A stretch of 64,000 bases of DNA from an uncultured delta proteobacterium (GTDB lineage: Bacteria > Desulfobacterota > Binatia > UBA9968): positions 128,001 through 192,000 of the forward strand of contig CAWFJP010000015.1 of assembly GCA_963816145.1 (NCBI GenBank), given 5' to 3'. The stretch's first letter is position 1. The number at the start of each line of letters is the position of its first letter. The notes below the pieces were generated by a model. The model was not told where the DNA came from, did no database searches, and saw only the letters and a list, made by a program, of their open reading frames with translations. The position numbers and the translations under genes are program-made. Below, piece after piece: positions 60,780-64,000 of this stretch.

Positions 60780-61271
60780 TCAAATCTTGGCCAATGCCTC
60801 GCGGCGGCGCTGCCCTGCTAACACATATTGTCGTGAAAGCTCGAATCCCTCTTTGCGCGAAATGTTCGGGTTGGGTGTGCAAGTGATGGATCCATCGGCA
60901 TTTGTCTCAATGATATCACCAGCCGCACGATGAGAGCCAAGCATGTCGTGTCCGAGCTCTTTCTCCAGCGCATCGTAGTTCGGATGCACCGGCAGTATCG
61001 TGATGCGTGATGGAACTCGGCGGCGCTCAATAAAGCCAGACTGGCTACCCCAGCCGTCGGAACTCTTGTAGTTGCTCTTGATGTAGGGGCGACCGCTGTC
61101 ACCGCCTGAAAACTGCTCGGAAAGATAGGCCTGCTCACCAGGTGAAAGCTCCCTGGCGGAGCCGTCCTGATTCACGTAAACAAACTTAAAGCCCGGCTCG
61201 TTACCGCGGCGCGGGACGAACATCCAAACGAGGCCTACGATAACAATGACTGAAATCGCCGCGATGAGCAT
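60780..61271 (-). CDS. Hypothetical membrane-anchored cassette protein
   Basis: N-terminal TM; starts 11 bp after the attC core. Confidence 0.65.
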   Translation of the reverse strand: MLIAAISVIVIVGLVWMFVPRRGNEPGFKFVYVNQDGSARELSPGEQAYLSEQFSGGDSGRPYIKSNYKSSDGWGSQSGFIERRRVPSRITILPVHPNYDALEKELGHDMLGSHRAAGDIIETNADGSITCTPNPNISRKEGFELSRQYVLAGQRRREALAKI

Positions 61272-61281
61272 AGGTTTCTTA

Positions 61282-61367
61282 GCCTAACGCGATGCGGCTA
61301 AGCGTGGCGAAAGAGCGAGCCTGAAAGGCCAGCGCTCCCGACATCGGTCTTAAGCCGCGGGCTAGGC
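61282..61367 (-). repeat. attC site, family A
   Basis: GCCTAAC ... GCTAGGC; homologous to 54284. Confidence 0.85.
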
Positions 61368-61377
61368 GTCAATTTCC

Positions 61378-61791
61378 TTATCCGCGATTCTTACGCTCCC
61401 AAGCCTCTCGTTCTTCACGGCCTTCCCAAATCGTTTCACGCGGAAAGTGTCCTGTGCCAACCCAGCAAAGCAACGGCTTCACTTCTCCGTAATTGAGAAA
61501 ATGCTCCAATGTCTCCGTCGCGAGATCTTCCGAGACAAATAATTCGCGAGGCCATCGTTCCAGAGTCTGCCCACCGAGATTGATTTCAACGCTGGGATTA
61601 GAGAACTCGATCCGAGTCACAAGAAATTCACCCGACGATACGTCGTTCTCGAAACACTGCAGATAGAAGCCTGCGCACTCACGCCAGCTAATGTGAACGC
61701 GAGGGAAATCGCTGTCCGCCCGACGAATTGATGCCTCGTCCCAGACCGCAGCCGATCGTAGCCGCGATAAAACTTCTGAAGGCGGCGGCAC
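61378..61791 (-). CDS. Hypothetical cassette protein, possibly Imm1-like
   Basis: C-terminal LGGQ..E.WP.E.FV...A...LEHFL..G......W; start uncertain. Confidence 0.45.
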   Translation of the reverse strand: MPPPSEVLSRLRSAAVWDEASIRRADSDFPRVHISWRECAGFYLQCFENDVSSGEFLVTRIEFSNPSVEINLGGQTLERWPRELFVSEDLATETLEHFLNYGEVKPLLCWVGTGHFPRETIWEGREEREAWERKNRG

Positions 61792-61907
61792 AACAACCTC
61801 GCTTGTGCTTGAGATAAATGAGAGCCGAAAAGTGTGTCGAAGAGTGTCGGTCCTATCGGTGTACGTCTGACGGACGGTGCGCATGTTCGTTGGCCGGACG
61901 CCAGCCT

Positions 61908-62300
61908 TTACCGCCGGCTTCCGACCGGCAACCATCGGGCAGCAGCATCGGCGCTATCCTCGGGCCGCGTGTTGAATGCAATCGCCGCGCCTGGGGCAGC
62001 CTTGTGGATAGCGTTGATGACGGCTTCGAATATTGCAAGGCGCCGGGGCGGCAGGCGGATGCCGGCTCCGATTACAACACAATCATAAGTCGTCGAAGCT
62101 AATTGACGCTCTGCTGTCGGCCCAGCGGTTTCATCAGGCCGGATGAAACCAACGTCGGCCTCCCATCCGCGTTCAGCAAACTGCTTCAGCGCAACCGCAA
62201 TGCCGGCGCGAACCTTCTCCGCCGTCATACCTGGTGGCAAAGCAGGGTCGGAAAAATCCACAGTCTCCGGATCGTAGCCAATCAACAAAACCCGCGCCAT
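61908..62300 (-). CDS. Conserved hypothetical protein
   Basis: GGAGG RBS; YDCVVIGAGIR, AFNTRPEDS. Confidence 0.7.
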   Translation of the reverse strand: MARVLLIGYDPETVDFSDPALPPGMTAEKVRAGIAVALKQFAERGWEADVGFIRPDETAGPTAERQLASTTYDCVVIGAGIRLPPRRLAIFEAVINAIHKAAPGAAIAFNTRPEDSADAAARWLPVGSRR

Positions 62301-62496
62301 GAGCCCTCCCTCCTTTTCCGTTAGCTTAGTGCAACCGTCTCGGACATACGAGGCAAGCCAATCATAAATGCCTCGCTTGGATCCTGGCCTTTCGACATGA
62401 TTTTCATGACATGCCAATCGTGGGTATTGACGACATAGATGATCTTTCGGTCGGGCGCGGCGGCACAATCCGTCACATCGGTTATGACCTCCGGCG

Positions 62497-62546
62497 GCCT
62501 AACGCGGTGCCGCTGAGCCGGAATCGGGTCCAGCGGCAGGTTAGGC
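62497..62546 (-). repeat. attC site (50 bp)
   Basis: GCCTAAC ... GTTAGGC; homologous to 60232. Confidence 0.82.
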
Positions 62547-62549
62547 TCT

Positions 62550-62813
62550 CTATCGGTAAACGTCTTTTCTGTGGCCAACTTTGACGATGTCGACCAGAAA
62601 TTTCTTATCGTCGATGGAATACAAGATACGATAGTTACCCTCTCGCACCCTGTACCGGTCGAGGTGACCTGATAATTTTTCACAACCAAACGGTCTGGGA
62701 TTTTCACCTAGAGATTGAATCCGTAAGACAATTCGCTGTCGGTCTTTCTTTTGTCCAACCGTATCAATCTCTTTGCTTGCAGATTGCTTGATGACTACCT
62801 TATATCTTGCCAC
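62550..62813 (-). CDS. RelE/ParE family toxin
   Basis: NPRPFGCEKL, YRVREGNYRILY, VGHRKDVYR. Confidence 0.9.
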   Translation of the reverse strand: MARYKVVIKQSASKEIDTVGQKKDRQRIVLRIQSLGENPRPFGCEKLSGHLDRYRVREGNYRILYSIDDKKFLVDIVKVGHRKDVYR

Positions 62814-63030
62814 GCCGTCTCAACGACCTCACCACGGTTTCAAAGTCGACGCTCTTTTCGTGAGCACGTTCTTCAAACGCAGCGAGATCTTCCGCATCCT
62901 CGGCCAACGCCAGTTTCACAGCGTCATTGACCATGTCAGAAATGGAACGATCGGCAGCTGCTGCCTTGAGTCGCAGGGCTCGGTGAATCTCCGGCTCGAA
63001 ATAAACGGTAGCTCGTTTCGGTAAACTCAT
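62800..63030 (-). CDS. CopG/RHH antitoxin
   Basis: KRATVYFEPEIHRALRLKAA; overlaps the toxin start. Confidence 0.85.
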   Translation of the reverse strand: MSLPKRATVYFEPEIHRALRLKAAAADRSISDMVNDAVKLALAEDAEDLAAFEERAHEKSVDFETVVRSLRRRGKI

Positions 63031-63036
63031 ATGGTT

Positions 63037-63065
63037 ATATTAACGTTACAACGTCATAACGTCAA
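63037..63065 (-). promoter_or_regulatory. Sigma70-type promoter of the TA cassette, overlaid by operator-like AACGT repeats
   Basis: Minus strand TTGACG-17 nt-TAATAT just upstream of the ATG. Confidence 0.6.
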
Positions 63066-63076
63066 CGTGGCTAAGA

Positions 63077-63158
63077 GCCTAACGTTATGCCATTGAGCCG
63101 CTATCAGAAAAGGGAATCATCCGTCAAAACTCGTCGTCGGCTCAAGCGGCGGTTAGGA
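63077..63158 (-). repeat. attC site (82 bp)
   Basis: GCCTAAC ... GTTAGGA; ttgagccg / cggctcaa stem. Confidence 0.85.
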
Positions 63159-63169
63159 CCTTTGTTGTG

Positions 63170-63484
63170 TCACTTGGCTTTGAGTCCGTCACGAAAGGCG
63201 ATGGATTCCAATTCGACCCGGACAGCGTCCTCGATTGGAATCACCGGACGGGCCTCGAAGACAAACGCCGGCAGCAGCGAGCAGAACTTGTGGACCGCTG
63301 TGGGATCATCGCAATCCAGCATCATATATCCACCCCAGTCTCCCACTCGGATCACGAACAACTCGATCTTGAAATTGACCGGCGCCTTCCATTGTGTGAA
63401 GACCTCTAGGATCCGCTTCTGGGCGTTCTCGTATTCCATCGGTGAGCCTTGCGGACGTTCGGACCAAGTGAGCATGTACTTCAT
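63170..63484 (-). CDS. DUF3303-like protein (cassette)
   Basis: MKYMLTW, FEARPVIPIEDAV. Confidence 0.7.
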   Translation of the reverse strand: MKYMLTWSERPQGSPMEYENAQKRILEVFTQWKAPVNFKIELFVIRVGDWGGYMMLDCDDPTAVHKFCSLLPAFVFEARPVIPIEDAVRVELESIAFRDGLKAK

Positions 63485-63535
63485 GGGTATTCTCCGTTAT
63501 TGAGGTGATGTGATTGGACGTAATTGTTTCAATCG

Positions 63536-63622
63536 ACCTAACGCTATGCGGCTAAGCCGTGGCGAAAAAGCGAGCCTTTAAGGCGAGCGTTCTCGACATC
63601 AGTCTTAAGCGGCAGGTTCAAG
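63536..63622 (-). repeat. attC site, family A, with disrupted inverse core
   Basis: ACCTAAC ... GTTCAAG in place of GTTAGGC. Confidence 0.8.
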
Positions 63623-63727
63623 TAAAGCCGCTGCGCGGCAGTTAATCCCACCTGACAATCGATTCTATCCTATTACCAGCGTTGTTCGGTAAAAGCTTCT
63701 CCTATCTTTTACAGAAGGAGAAGTTTT

Positions 63728-64000
63728 ATGAACGATTGGTATCAACGCATGATGGCAACTCTGCAACTCAATGGGAAAGGAGAGCCCACGCAGAAAGCCT
63801 ACACCCGCGCGGTCCGTATGCTTTGTGAGTTCTACGATAAAACCCCTGATCTGATCTCCGAGCCCGAGCTCCAAGAGTACTTCCTGCATCGCAAAAACGT
63901 CAACCGCTGGGTGCCCAAGACCATGCGCATCTGCTACGGCGGTATTCGCTTCTTCTACGTCCATGTGCTGGCCCGCGATTGGCACATCTTGTCGATCCTG
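63728..64000 (+). CDS. Tyrosine recombinase N-terminal SAM-like domain (partial, runs off the window; absent from the ORF track)
   Basis: AGGAG RBS; MNDWYQRMMATLQLNGKGEPTQKAYTRAVR...LQEYFLH...GIRFFY. Confidence 0.8.
   Translation, partial: MNDWYQRMMATLQLNGKGEPTQKAYTRAVRMLCEFYDKTPDLISEPELQEYFLHRKNVNRWVPKTMRICYGGIRFFYVHVLARDWHILSIL

Larger units (their letters stand above)
40891..63622 (-). mobile_element. Chromosomal integron region with cassette arrays on both sides of intI
   Basis: intI, putative attI and about 18 intact or degenerate attC sites in one orientation. Confidence 0.88.

Noticed and set aside
40891-63622. CRISPR array
   Set aside because: The repeats are gene-spaced imperfect palindromes with RYYYAAC/GTTRRRY ends, i.e. 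attC sites; no cas genes or regular spacers
63665-63985. 106-aa minus-strand ORF
   Set aside because: Shadow of the plus-strand recombinase, which has an RBS and family motifs
1-64000. tRNA or rRNA genes
   Set aside because: None recognised by eye; a covariance search was not possible

Overview
GC-rich bacterial chromosome segment. The many orphan NMT1/SsuA-type binding proteins and amidohydrolases suggest a Candidatus Binatia/Deltaproteobacteria-like organism (inference). 1-40 kb is metabolic and housekeeping DNA: 3 amidohydrolases, 7-8 ABC substrate-binding proteins, tandem SDRs, a stand-alone CoA-ligase/A/T NRPS-like gene, dnaE2, tag and many REP-like and tandem-unit hairpins. 40.8-64 kb is an integron region. 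An IntI integrase (56021-57103, minus) is co-oriented with its cassettes, the likely attI lies after its 3' end (~55853), and about 15 kb of progressively decaying cassettes follow. A second cassette array with the same attC family lies upstream (60232-63622). Between the arrays are imuA-imuB, a four-helix-bundle gene enclosed by 30-bp inverted repeats built of 9-bp units, higA and intI; dnaE2 (imuC) is 31 kb away. A tyrosine-recombinase element starts at a disrupted attC at the right edge. Several +1 frameshifts may be sequencing errors. All calls come from reading motifs by eye; no database searches were run.
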